Source: Trichosphaerium sp. ATCC 40318 (taxonomy: Eukaryota; Protista; Tubulinea). Taken from it: a stretch of DNA of 64,000 nt. The notes beneath the pieces are model-generated. The model searched no databases, had not been told where the DNA came from, and was given only the letters and a program-made list of their open reading frames with translations. Made by a program: the position numbers and the translations under genes. Shown here one piece after another: positions 24,261 through 37,297 of the stretch (the first letter of the stretch is position 1; every line of letters begins with the position of its first letter). The stretch covers positions 62,001 to 126,000 of the forward strand of contig JALMLS010000155.1 of NCBI GenBank assembly GCA_038496445.1. The letters are read 5' to 3'.

Positions 24261-27200
24261 CTGTGTAGATACAGGAATCTCAATAGTGGTTGATCCCAAA
24301 CCAAAAGCTGTCGCTTTTAAAACAATGTTGACAAGATTTGCGTTTGGATCAGTAACAACCTTTGTAACTACCCCACCGTCAACATCTATTTCTTTCTGAA
24401 GTTCTCTGTCGTCCGTAACATGATTTTCAGTAACTTGAACAACAGCACGGGCAAGCCCATGGTATGTTGTTCTTTTCTTAGCTTTGTTTTTTTCATGTGA
24501 TCCTGAATCACCATTACCAACACCAATAACCACACCAGGTCCTGAAGTTACAGAAAATGTAATAGATATACTGCTAGAGGTACAAAGACGTCCCTATGAA
24601 AAAACACAGTAAGCAAACGGGAGAATTCACGTGAAAGCAAGAAAAGACTTCAGTTAGATATTTTTTTCAGTGAATAAAACGAAAATACCTCTGCGTCAAC
24701 TACTTCGGCTCTTACAAGAGCGACATCTTGTCCATCTGCATATAATGATGTTCCTGTTCCAGTGGCAACTGATGGAGCATCCAAGGATAACCTTATAGAC
24801 TTTGGAGCACCTGGAGTTGTAATACTGTGTTCTGCTATTTTTCTTCCATCGTGACTGTATCCAACAGCTTTGAGTGTTCCTGCTTTGAACGATACATTAT
24901 TCCATTGTGTCCAATTAGCCCAACCCATTTGTCTAACACCGAGGCTCTTTCCGTTAAGTAACAACTCATTCACTGGCGCGTTACTGTAGACAGAAATGTA
25001 AGGCGGACTAACTTTTCCGTCCCAAACTTGTTGTATTTCGATTGTGTCACATTGAGGTAGATCAGGACGACCATAATCAGATTCAGTAATGTTACACAGC
25101 CACCAAGATCGATACCTAAACAAGATTAAGAATGACAATAAGGGGTGAGGAACATAGGCAAATAATAAAAAGTAGAAAAGAAAAACATTTGTCGTAGAAA
25201 TTCGTGCACGTGTTTTTGAAAGAAAAAAAATGCAGAAAAAAAAACAGGCATACCATGCTACTGCGCCTTTAGCGAAACCTGCCAGGTCAAAAATACCGTA
25301 ATTACAAGATACTTGAGGCCAATTATGCGGTGTAGGTTCTCCAATATAATCAAATAAAGTCCAAACGCCCAAAGTTCCTGCAATATATTCTTTAATACTT
25401 CCAGTTGTTGGATCATAAGCTTTAGTCCATGACTGCTGACATCCGGTCCTTTCACCTTTCGAGCAAAACCACCATGATAAACAAGGTCCATCAAAGCTAC
25501 TGCTAAAAGCTCCAGCACTTGCGTTGACGATATTCTCGCCACGTTGAATTGGACAAGAAGATGACTCGGAAGATACCATCGGAGTGTTCGGGTTTGCTTT
25601 ATGGAATGTATCAAAGTCTAAAGAAAAGTGACTGTATCCTTGTACGTCTAGGTCTTTGGATAGGTCTTGGCTACTTGGAGGATCCATATTCGCTGATACA
25701 GGTCTCATCTTGTCGTATTGTTTTACTTGCAAATGTCAGAAAGTCACATTCATTATGATAGTAAAATTGAGGCGCACCTGCATCTCTGAAGGCTTGTCCA
25801 GTACTAGCATCCAATTGATAACACTCTACTTCATTACAGAATGACCATATGACTATGGAGGCGTGGTTCCTATCTCTCATAACCATATCAGACATATGAC
25901 CGACTAAACGATAAACGATTAGTACACAGCAACCTTTCTAGAGACAAGAAAAAATCAAAACTTCAATGATGGTACTCACCTTGATATTTGGTATAATCCC
26001 TGTTTTCATCCCAACACATTATACCCAAACTATCGAGTATGTCATAAGCAACAGGGTCGCCAGGATTATGACTCATTCTCCATGAATTTCCACCAACACG
26101 ACGTAACATCTGAGCTCTGTAGAGATTGATACGTGCTTGAACTGCAGTACCAACACCAGCGAAATCATTGTGATCAGAAAATCCTCTAAAAATAGTATGC
26201 TTCTCGTTAAGGAAGAATCCATGATTTGCATCCCATCTAGTCGATCTGAAACCTACTGTGGTATCATCATTATCCAATGAATTACCGGCACTGTCCATTA
26301 CAGTTACTTTAACATGATAGAGGTATGTTTTTTTTATCGACCATAAATGAGGCTTAGCATAGACCATAGAGGCTGCTATTGATGCTGTCCCGTTAATTGC
26401 TAGAGTTCCATTTACTGATGCGGTTTTGATTAAGACATAGGTATCGTCCATGAGAGTAAAGACAACATGCACCTGAGTATCCGTTGATTTTGTGTTTCGA
26501 AGTACTATTTCAGGTTTTAATGTCACAGAAGTGAGGTCTTGGTTCATCGTGTACGGCACGTATAGAGAATATGGATCTATAAATACATCCTCAGTACGTG
26601 TTAACCATACATGACGATACAAACCGCCACCTTCATACCTAAATAAACATAAGAATTCAAAGTAAAATAGGTAAACGAAAAAAAGAGAACTTCCACAAAA
26701 GCTTCAAGATAATGACGGCCAAAGCTCATTTTGGTGTTGCTCAAATTGATCCACAAGACCACGTGGAAACTAAAAAGTAGAATAAACAACGTTCGTACCA
26801 ATGTCCTGTTCCAAAGGTTGCATCTATACGAATAGCGATGACATTAGTGATTGTAGGATCCAAGTATTTATCAATACGATCAACTGGACTTGTATATCCT
26901 GAACTGTGTTCTGCTACAAACTTTCCATTGATCCATACCTCCATCACATGGAAAGCGCCATCAAAAGTGATAAATATACGAGAGTTACCTAGTAGAAGCA
27001 AGTAAGAAACTTGGAGTACTGACACCGGGAAAAGCACTGTGATTCACAGTGTTTTTTGACTAAAGTTGGTTTGTTATTGTCGTGCCTCCAGCCCAAGCCT
27101 CTGGTACTTTAAAGTGTTTTCTGTACCAACCAACACCACGTGGGAGATATCCATGCCTGTCATTGGCAGTTTGAGAAAAGTCTCCATGTATAACAAAGTC

Positions 27201-27716
27201 ATGTGGAACATCAATAACGTCCCATTTACTGTCATCAAAGTTTGCATCAGAGAACGGGAAAGCCATTTTCGGCGGTACAACACGTTGACCGCCATTAGCC
27301 TTTCCACCACTCTTACATGTTACATCGCTTCCCAAGAAGCATCTGTTGTCCTCTAGTAACAATATTAGACTAAACACACGCTTGTACTGAAGGTGTAGTG
27401 CTTTTTTCGGTTTTTTTTTGGCGTTATTTGTTAACTTTTGCGTACCATAGTACCACGTGGTACAACCTGGGTGATATACGCCGGAACAACAAGCTAGTTG
27501 ACAATCGACGTCGTCGTGAACTGGGCAGTAAGAAATATCACCTGTGCACGTGACTTTAGTTAAAGTCTTGCTGAAAGAGCAGTTTGGAGCGGCTTTTGAA
27601 TCGTCTCCCAAATGAAAGCGCCAGCCAAAATCAAATGACACGCGATCACGTGGGGCGCACGTAGCGAGTGAAAATAAGCACAGCAGAGTAACCGCTGCGA
27701 TAAAAAATGGCTTCAT
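24237..27716 (-). CDS. Secreted GH2 beta-galactosidase, copy 3 (intact 5' end, last 13 codons replaced at the junction)
   Basis: Signal peptide MKPFFIAAVTLLCLFSLATC, FDFGWRFHLG, VPHDF, GWYRKHF, FDGA, GGGLYRHVWL and catalytic-domain motifs. Ends PVSTQ-VDYESQT instead of PVSTQ-AMHSPLAVAYRQE. Confidence 0.9.
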
Positions 27717-28101
27717 TTGTTCCTGTAGCCCTAATAACCGTTTAGATACCATATACCGCCAAAAAACCCACAATTAAAGGCCTAAGAGAATAAGGCGAAA
27801 ACTTTTCTCACCGTTAAAGCTACCAATAAAAAACGCACGTGTTTACTAAAGTATGTTTCGGCAAGGTATGTTAATGCTGTATAACCAACCGGTTTAGTGG
27901 GAACAGACAGCACTTTTGCAAGTCACGTTTTGTCTTTCAAATGTTCTTACAACTTTTCAAAGTTTCAAGTGGCACTTTATCTCGTATTGTACCACGCAGT
28001 AAATAATTTTATTGTATGTTTTTTAGATTATCCTAGTTAGACTTTTTTGTTCAAAACAACTGGAGCAAAGCTCTACAAGATTTAAAAGAAACTAGCAAGA
28101 T

Positions 28102-29996
28102 TTATTGATTTACAGATGACCAATCAATATCGCCTTTAAGTCCAGCTCCAATTTTAAGGCGCCAATCAACTCCAGATAACCAAACAGCACAATTTCGCAC
28201 AAACCGTCCAGTACCAGCTGAATCCCAGCTACAGTATAGCTTAGTGAAACCACAATCGACAATCACACGCCCTTGTAAATAAAGTGAGTTTAACTTCGGA
28301 AAAAATTAGAGCTTGTTTACCTTTGTTTTTCGGGTGATGCGACCAGAAGCATGGATGACCGTCTGTTCCAGATCCTATGATATTCATATCATCAGTTTCT
28401 TTTGTCGGATAGCATATAGTGTATCCTTCACAAAGAGAAACAAGACCAGTTGTTATCAAGTGTCGTTTGACTAAATCTAAAGTCAGAAACAACAACAAAA
28501 AACCCCGTAAGACTGTTGCTTACACTGTCCTGTCTTAGGTTTTCCACGTCCACCCAGAGTTAGGTTTTTAGCTCAAGGTACGTTTCCAGTTAGTTGGTAA
28601 TCAAAACCGAGTGCTTTAATTAGACCATTCGCCTTTTAAATTAGATTAACAACACGGAAAATAGCATAAAGTTGCACGTACGTGCTGAAGAAATGGTTCA
28701 TTGTCTGCCCATATGAATATTCCTTTACCTGCAGCATGATACTTGGCCAATGCATCACACATTTCTTTTGATAGAAAGCCTGAACTACCAGCACAAACCC
28801 AAGCTTCATCGTGGTTATCCAAGTCATCCAAAAACTCCTAAAAAGCGCTTAGTATCTTTAAGTTTTGCTTTCGTTGTTGTTGTACCTTATCATTTTTGGC
28901 AATAATGGCTACAAATCCCTTAGCTTCTAATGCTTCCTTAGGCTTGGCCCACACGAAATCGCCAAAATAAGAACGCAAGATGATTGTGAACATGCCAAAA
29001 GCACTTTCTCTACCGAGATCATATCCACGACCTGAAGGGTTCATATGTGCATCTTTATGAGTTGCTTTTATCTCATCGTGTTGATCAGCAAACTCTGTAA
29101 AGAATCCAGTGATACTCAATCCACGCTTTAATGCTGGTCTGGAAGAAAGAGTTAACAACAGAATGCTCAAAGATTGATTGTTAAATGTAACTTACTTTTG
29201 CTTTTTCTTTGTTGGTGGTGTATCAACTTCCATTGCATCACCTTCATCTTCTTCCTTATGTGCTTTTTTACTTTTCTTTTGTGGTGTCTTTTTCTGAGGT
29301 GCTTTTTTCTTTGGTGGTGTTGAAGTTGATGGTACTTGCTTTGTTTTCTTTGCAACTTTTCTTTTCTTTGGTTCTTTTTCATCATTCTAACTCAAAGTCA
29401 GTAAGATGTTTGTAATCCTGTAAGCAGTTTGTATTATCAACATACCTGGACCTTCATTTTTTGTTTGTCAATCATGTATTTGATAAACTCGTCAACAGAA
29501 ATACCTCCCTAAAGCGAAAGTAAGAAAACAGTGAGAAATGTTCCATAGTTTTTGCTATTTTACATCTTTATTCGTGTCAGCTTCCTTTAAAATGCCTTTA
29601 ATCTTCGCAACCGTTGGTTTTTTACCCAGGGAGCGTAAGACAGCCTTTAATTCATCGCCAGTTATAACGCCATCTTTGTTTTCGTCGAAAACTCTAAATT
29701 TGATGTTAACGCTTTTTATATTCAAAACGGTTTAAAAAATACCTAAACGCCATGCGTAGACCTTTGACGTAAGTACTAAGCTCTTCTTTGGTCATATCAG
29801 TAGGTCTTTTTCTTTTTGCTCCAAGCATCACTGACGCCGATTCTACCGCCTGTAATGCACGATATAAGCTCATTGGAGCACTGTTATATTATAATGAGGT
29901 ACGTACGCGCTTTGTAGAGCGCGTTTGTCGGTCTTTTGCATTTTCGAATCCTTGTGCTTCCAAAATGCTTTGGCCTTCAGTGGCTGTAGCTTCCAT
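28102..29996 (-). CDS. Protein with two EF-hands, a Lys/Glu-rich linker and an uncharacterised alpha/beta domain; in-frame TGA at 28573-28575
   Basis: FRVFDENKDGVITGDEL and EADTNKDGGISVDEF EF-hands. C-terminal domain with GKGIFIWADNEP, HLITTGL, EGYTIC, VDCGFTKL and AGTGRFVRNCAVWL. Confidence 0.75.
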
Positions 29997-30334
29997 AGTA
30001 CCTTCACGCTTCAACTATAAAACTCTAAGTCAAAATAACATGTGACATTTTCGTCTACGGCACCTTTGGTTTAGACATTATTAGGTGTTGTTTTCCTGTG
30101 TTGTATGACTGTGAAAGTTATGGTGACAAGTGAGCCAAGCTTGACTTATTTTAGTTCTAGGAAATTAAACTTGTCAAGTTCTTAATATGTTCTTGGAATA
30201 TTCGTCTTATCGTTACCGTGTACACGGCATACCTTAGTGCTATACAAAATATTGCCTTTAGTAGTATGAATCTAATCGACTCAGTTTGGCTTGATTAACT
30301 GTTTATTTTTACAAGGTTAATTCTTAACATAATT

Positions 30335-33300
30335 TTATGTTGCAGTTGGAGCATTGTAGTCACCTATCATTTGCTTTATTTGAGTCATACGACTCTTTAT
30401 CCTCTTCTTCTTTGCGTATTGCATGTATATTACTATGATACCTCCTATAATAATGACAAGAATTCCAGCAACAACACATGCTGCTACGACTCCTATTGGC
30501 ACTTTTGTTTGGTTTGGTTTATTATCGCAGTCGCCACTTATTGTCAAAAACAATGCTTGTTTTTGTTGACTGAATATTGCATTGTAAGCACAGTCTTCAT
30601 CACCTTGTTCGATGGCTATGCTATTGAACTCTATTATATTTTCTTGGCACATGTGGTTTAACACAAGAATATCTAAAGTGCCCTACATATTATTAATACA
30701 TGACGCTTGTGTGAAGAGAAGAGTGGAATAAAAAAGTTAAGGTGCTTAAGTGACGTACAAGTTTACGGATTGTTGTTGAATCATTCATAGAAAGTGAGAT
30801 GGCCAAGGTTGTATTCGAAAAATCAGGACATCCTTCAACAAAAAGACCAACACCACTTTGAAGAGTGATGATAGAATCCGGAGAAAACGTTATATTACCT
30901 AAAATCCATACCTTGTTAGCTACAGATACTAAAACTTAACATGCCTCTAATGATAGTATCGTAATTAATAACTAAGTTTCTAACTTGACTTGTGTTTGAT
31001 ACAACCCAAGTGTCGTTGACACAAACAGCTGATTCAAGAGGTTTTGGTGGTAAACAAAACGAAGAAGCACTTGGTCGAATGACATTTTGTGTTGGTTGAA
31101 CTAAATCTTGTGTTGGCCGTTCACTTGGCGAGTTTGTTGGTTCTAGCATCGTTGGTGTAGATGTTGTTGGCGGTTCACTTGGAGCACTTGTTGGTTCTAT
31201 TGTTGTGGGTGTAGAATCTTGTGTTGTTGGCCGTTCACTTGGCGAGGTTGTTGGTTCTAGTGTCGTTGGTGTACTTGTTGTTGGTGGTTCACTTGGAGAA
31301 CTTGCTGGTGTTGGTGTTGCTGGTACTGGTCCAGGTTTTGGTGACGATCCACCTAGTGATGTAATTCCTATATTGTCCAGTCGTAATTGGCTTACATTTC
31401 GCCAGCTAGGGGAAAAGAATAAGCCAATCATTCAGGTATTTTCAGAAAAAGCAAAAAAAGCTGAAACATACTTTGCTCCTTCAAATCCTATTACTAGTTC
31501 ATAAACTGATCCAAGACATGTCAAATCCTGTACAGAAGCGTAAATATGTTGCCACGTAGATAGTGTGCCATTCACTTCGATTTGGACAGACTAAGGAGAA
31601 TATTAACAATTAAATTCTTTTCCTCTTTTTTTTTTTTTTTTTGGGTTGTAAACATGTTTGATCCTAATTAAGCGTAACCGACGTACATTTGAACAAGAGG
31701 CAAATTTTAAAGTGATAGAAAGATCAATTAGGCTTGGCAATGGGTTTACAAATTGAATTTCCAAAAAAACGGCATCTGCTAGATCCCTTGAGAACTTCGA
31801 AGAGTACCTTTAAAAAAAAAGCTATTAGAACGTACGTCACTCTCAGTTCTAAAACAAAATGAAAAAACGCTTTGAATACTTACGCTAATCCAATTTGAGG
31901 CGAACCAGGAGCCGTTTGAAACGCTACACAGAAGTAAGAGAAAAAAAAACGTTTTTAGTTTAGAATTAATTTATAAACATATGTAAGAATTTTTTAGGAA
32001 TAAAGACGGGAGTCATACCAGCAACCAAAACATCACCTGCACCACCAAGTGTTATATCCATATCTATACTATTCAATATACGCCATTCGACATGATCGGT
32101 ACCCTGTACGTTGTTAAAAGATTAAAAGAGCAGTAAGAAAAAGAAGCACCCCAAGCCTTTGTGGAAAAAGAGAAAATGCAGCATTTTGAAAGATATACAG
32201 TGACGGTAGTGCCCAATTACATTCAACTATACGTCACTCTGTAAGTATTAAATTTGTATGTATGTATACATACTTGGATCTCCTGTTGGTGGATTGAAGT
32301 TGCCCGAAAAGCTCTGAGTAAGTTTGTTAGAAGGCTATCTACTGTGTTGTATTCGAAAAAAAACACTTGTACATACTACACTAACAGAGCCATTCTGAAC
32401 TAGTATTGAACTAAAGTCAATGGTTTGATCTAATTTATATGTTAGCTACTCTTATATACACGAAACATTAGATATGTACGTACTGAGTATTGATACAAGC
32501 TAGTTAAACAATGTCAGAAGTATTTAAAAATTACGAAATAGATTGTAAATACCCTGACTTCAGCATGAGTATAGTTCTCAGGGTGCTGCTTGATAAAATG
32601 ATACTTATTGTATTTGTCTGGTATGGCTTCAACCCATTCATTTCGACCATCGTTTACTTTGACTTCAATTCTATCAATCCCAACTGTTACATGTTAAAAT
32701 AATAATGGAAAATAACATTATATCACGTGTTAAAAACAATAAAGAGAAAATATTTTTGAAACACGTACCTCTATGTTTGGTTGGTACAACAACAAATGAT
32801 TGATTATTTACTTCATCAACAATTGTTGCAGAGAGAGTGTGGTTAGGACACGCGACTTTATGAATAACAACATCCACAAAATCGAACTGTGGAGTGCCAG
32901 CTATGCGCTAAATAATAATGAACAAACACTTGTATGTGCACACAAACCACTTTGAAGATAAAAAATTTATATGCGTACTGTGTAGATATCATTACCATTT
33001 TGGGGAATCAATATTTGTGGATAGTAATTATCACATCCTTCAATTCCTGAGTTACACAGGCCACCAACCTATTTTATTGAAAATCAAGAGTTAGCATGGT
33101 TTTCAACTACACTGCGAACGGACCATTAATATTTCAGTTCCTTGACTACCAGTGATTTCAAAGCATTCACCACCTATTTAATAATAAAAGAAAAAAAAAT
33201 ACTGACCAAAAAACAAATAAAAACCGAATATTGTGCGTTCTTACAAGCACCACTGCATCTCAAATTACTTGCTGGGTTATCAACTGGATCGTAGCAATCA

Positions 33301-33716
33301 TCAACTGATGTTGTTGATGCATTAGAAGGCGATAAATACCAGTTGTAAAAGTTCTCATTGACAAGAAAATATAGACCTGCGTTGTACATCTGTACGGCGT
33401 TAAGAAAGGCGTCCTACAATTTTTTTTGCTTGTACCGGTGAGTTTACTGGTACTTCATTATAGCTACAGGTAGTAGATGGGTTTTTGACTAGTTTTTAAT
33501 TAACACTCGTTTTAACCATTGTAATTGAATAGCGTACCAGTTGGGGAAAATGATGTGGCCCTTGCTTGCTTGTTAAATTCTGTAAGGACCAAAAAAGTTT
33601 CAGTTATCACGTACAATGCAGCTGAAGTAAGGGTAAGGCTGTTGACCCGCTACGAGTGGAACTGCGTGACAATGAAGGAAAAGTGCGAATATCGCGCCAA
33701 CTATCGCCAAAAGCAT
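30335..33716 (-). CDS. Membrane-anchored expansin-like glycoprotein, paralogue A
   Basis: Signal peptide, GECFEITGSQG, VVIHKVAC, IDRIEVKV..W....YNKY, Pro/Thr stalk, Cys-containing juxtamembrane domain, single TM helix and basic tail. Confidence 0.7.
31085..31325 (-). repeat. Pro/Thr/Ser-rich coding tandem repeat (mucin-like stalk)
   Basis: PSEPPTTSTPTxLEPTxSPSERPT(T)QD occurs twice, with internal sub-repeats. Confidence 0.85.
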
Positions 33717-34088
33717 TGTGTTGCGCATAAATGGTCCCAAAATACGCGAATGAGGTTGTATTCAGGCGAACTTGGAATTGTCTGTTTTAGAGAATCCTCA
33801 AAACGGTTTGGATGATTACGTTGTGCTAATTTATCTCTTTTCGCCGCGAGGAGTTGGTGTGTTTCAGTGTAAAGCGCTATTTTAAGTCCAGTACTTGCAA
33901 AAACCCATTTGGTTTTTTTTGCTAGATGGCACTTAATAACCGCTCGTAGGTGGTTCGAAATTATTGGGCTTTTTGATTGTAATAATCGAACTTGCCTTCT
34001 TATTGTTTTAATACATTGTACACGTGTTGTTACTAGTAGAGTATTCTATTTTACACAGTAACAGCCAGTGCAAGTAAAGTACAGTGTT

Positions 34089-37000
34089 TTATTTTGAAAA
34101 AATTGTATCCAGAGCAGGCTTTTCTGGTGGTCCGTTGTAGTCACTCGTTACTGTCTTTATTCGTGCCATCCTCTCCTTTATCCTCTTCTCCTTTGCGTAT
34201 TGTACGTATAGAACCACAATACCTCCTATAATAATGACAAGAATTCCAGCAACAACACATGCTGCTACGACTCCTATTGGCACTTTTGTTTGGTTTGGTT
34301 TATTATCGCAGTCACCACTTATTGTCAAAAACAATGCTTGTTTTTGTTGACTGAATATTGCATTGTAAGCACAGTCTTCATCACCTTGTTCGATGGCTGT
34401 GCTATTGAACTCTATTATATTTTCTTGACACATGTGGTTTAACACAAGAATATCTAAAGTGCCCTACATATTATTAATACATGACTGAAGTTGCTGAAGT
34501 TGTGATGTGAAGGGAAGAAAATGAAGTTGAGTGAAGTTGCTTAAGTGGTTGTGAAGAGAAGACTGGAATAAAGGAGTTGATGAGGTGGTGCTTTGGAGAC
34601 GTACAAGTTTACGGATTGTTGTTGAATCATTCATAGAAAGTGAGATGGCCAAGGTTGTATTCGAGAAATCAGGACATCCTTCAACAAAAAGACCAACACC
34701 ACTTTGAAGAGCGATGATAGAGTTCGGAGAAAACGTTATGCCACCTAAAATCCATACCTTAGGATTCATCGACAAACCAAAAGCAAACAAAAAGTACCTC
34801 TAATGATAGTATCATAATTAATATCTAAGTTTGCTACTTGGCTAATGTTTGATACGACCCAAGTGTCGTTGACACAAACAGCTGATTCAAGAGGTTTTGG
34901 TGGTAAACAAAACGAAGAAGCACTTGGTTGAATGAAATTTTGTGTTGGTGTCTCACTTGGGGTAGTTGTTGGCTCTACTGTAGGCGCCATTGTTGTAGGT
35001 GTATTTGTTGTAGGTTGCAAAATTGGTGCCATTGGAGGTGGTGTAGGAGGTGGTGGGAGCACATACCCTTTTGGTATCACTGCAATATTGTCTATTAGCG
35101 TATAGTCTACATCAATCCAGCTAAAACAGGAATTAGATGGGAAAAATAGAATTGCTTCAACGCACGGATCTCCTAAAAAGTTTACTTCTATTTCATTAAA
35201 CGAGGATTCACAAATAATATCTGAAATAGGAAAGGTAATTGTTTGCCAGGTGGATATTGTGCCATTCAAACCCACAACGGAAAGCTACAGCGAAGAGTTA
35301 GCTTTGTGATAGTTTGTTCTCAGTACGAGTATGTGAGTATTTGTTTGATTTTAACTTAATGTAACACCCCACTATATTGTTGAAAGGTACATGTGATATA
35401 AAGTAAAAATAATGCTTTTCTAAATTTATGACACGTACGCCAGGACAACCCCTGACTGCCATAGTGAGATTAAGGTCGGTTATGTTTGCCTTTGGTTTAG
35501 GAAACTGAACATCCATAAAGAAATCCTCAACGAGAGTGTTTGTGATGTTTGAAGTGTACCTGAATAATAGTGAGAAAGATAAAGTACTACGGCATGTTTT
35601 ATATAATACTCACGATAATCGAAATGATCCTACATCCGCTACACAACAAGTTAGAAATATAAGAATATTTTAAGAACTTCAAGAACATACTGCTAGTAGT
35701 AGCACGTAAAACACTGCCTCCATTATCAAGAAGTACTGAAACTGATGTTGACTCTGTTATACGCCATTCAGCGAGCCTAGTTCCCTACAGGCACTTGTTA
35801 TAAGACATTGGAATACTGCTATAAAACATACTCCAAGTTTTTTTTCAGGAGTAATTTGAGCGCTTTGAAAGATATACACTGACGGTAGATCCCAAATACA
35901 TTCTGTAATCCACCTTTATTAGTACACTCCTAATATACTAAGTACGTACGGTCACTGGGTTCTGGGGATCTTAGTGATCGGGGAGCCTGATAATAGTTAA
36001 TTTGTTATTGCTCATTTATAGTTTAAAGCGTACATTTATGTTTCCTAAGCCAACAAACATGGCTTCAGAAAACTGCATAGTATCTCCTTTATTCATACAT
36101 TAATATTAAGGTAGAAAAGAAGTAAGTGTACCAGTTAAAGATACGACCTAGAAGCTGTGTTAATAACAAATAACGAAAAACAAGAATTTGTAAATACCCT
36201 GACTTCAGCATGAGTATAGGTCTCAGGGTGCTGCTTGATAAAATGATACTTATTGTATTTGTCTGGTATGGCTTCAACCCATTCGTTTCGACCGTCGTTT
36301 ACTTTGACTTCAATTCTATCAATCCCAACTATGTCACATGTTAAAACAATAGGTATAACATTATAATGTAGGCGTGTTTTACCATTGTGGTTGCTTGGTA
36401 ATATAGCAAACGATACATCTTCTTTCACTTCAACGATTCTAACACTCATTTGGAAACTTAAACAATCCACTTTACGAATAACAACGTCCACATGACTGAA
36501 CAGTGGTGCACCAGCTATGCTCTAATATTCGAAAAGTATTAGAAAAGACATAGGAAGCAGTTGAACAAGAGTACATCGTAGTATCCGTTGATATTATTTA
36601 TCAATATTTGTGGATAGTCATTTTGACATCCTTCAATTGCCGGATCACACACTCCAGCAACCTTAAGTAGAAGTGTGAATATGACACTGGTTAAAATCGT
36701 AATACCATTAATGTTTCAGTTCCTTGACTACCAGTGATTTCAAAGCATTCACCACCTATTTAATAATAAAATAAGAAAACAAACTACTGACCAAAAAAAG
36801 CCAAATAAAAACCGAATATTGTGCGGTCTTACAAGCACCACTACATCTCAATTGTCCATTTGTATTATCAACTGGATCATAGCAATCATCAAAAGACGTT
36901 GTTGCGTTCGAAGGAGATAAATACCAGTTGTAAAAGTTTTCGTTTACAAGGATGTATTTATTGTCACGATATCTCTATTTGCAACTTAGAATAAGCGTAG

Positions 37001-37297
37001 GTGCGTATAAGAAACTTACCAGTGACGTTAAAGCAGTAAATTCAAAATTACAGCCATAAGATGGATTTCCAGCTATCGTTTTGTATTATGGCGTTACGTG
37101 TCTAATATTAGATAGCGTACTTGGTATGAACGACGTTGCTCTTGCATTCTGTTTTTCAAGTAAGAAACAATAAAGTTTAAGATACTACGTACGATGCATG
37201 TATTATATGGGTAAGGCTGTTGACCTGATGATAGCGGGATAGCGTTGCATTGAAGATACAACAAGCCTAATACAACAACAAGAGTTGTACTTAGCAT
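34089..37297 (-). CDS. Membrane-anchored expansin-like glycoprotein, paralogue B
   Basis: Same exon layout as paralogue A. ARATSF..GNPSYGCNF, GECFEITGSQG, VAGVCD, IRKVDC, and a C-terminal TM segment almost identical to A. Confidence 0.7.

Noticed and set aside
28573-28575. Selenocysteine codon
   Set aside because: The context suggests Gly rather than a redox Cys, and I saw no SECIS-like AUGA/AA/GA stem in the short 3' region.
29180-29385. Lys-rich low-complexity tract as a separate gene or satellite
   Set aside because: It is the linker exon of the EF-hand gene, read in another frame by the ORF track.
33930-33975. GGTTCGAA T-loop-like word suggesting a tRNA
   Set aside because: No cloverleaf arms or acceptor stem can be built. 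Similar words at 16307 and 55098 fall in an intron and at a kinase exon boundary.
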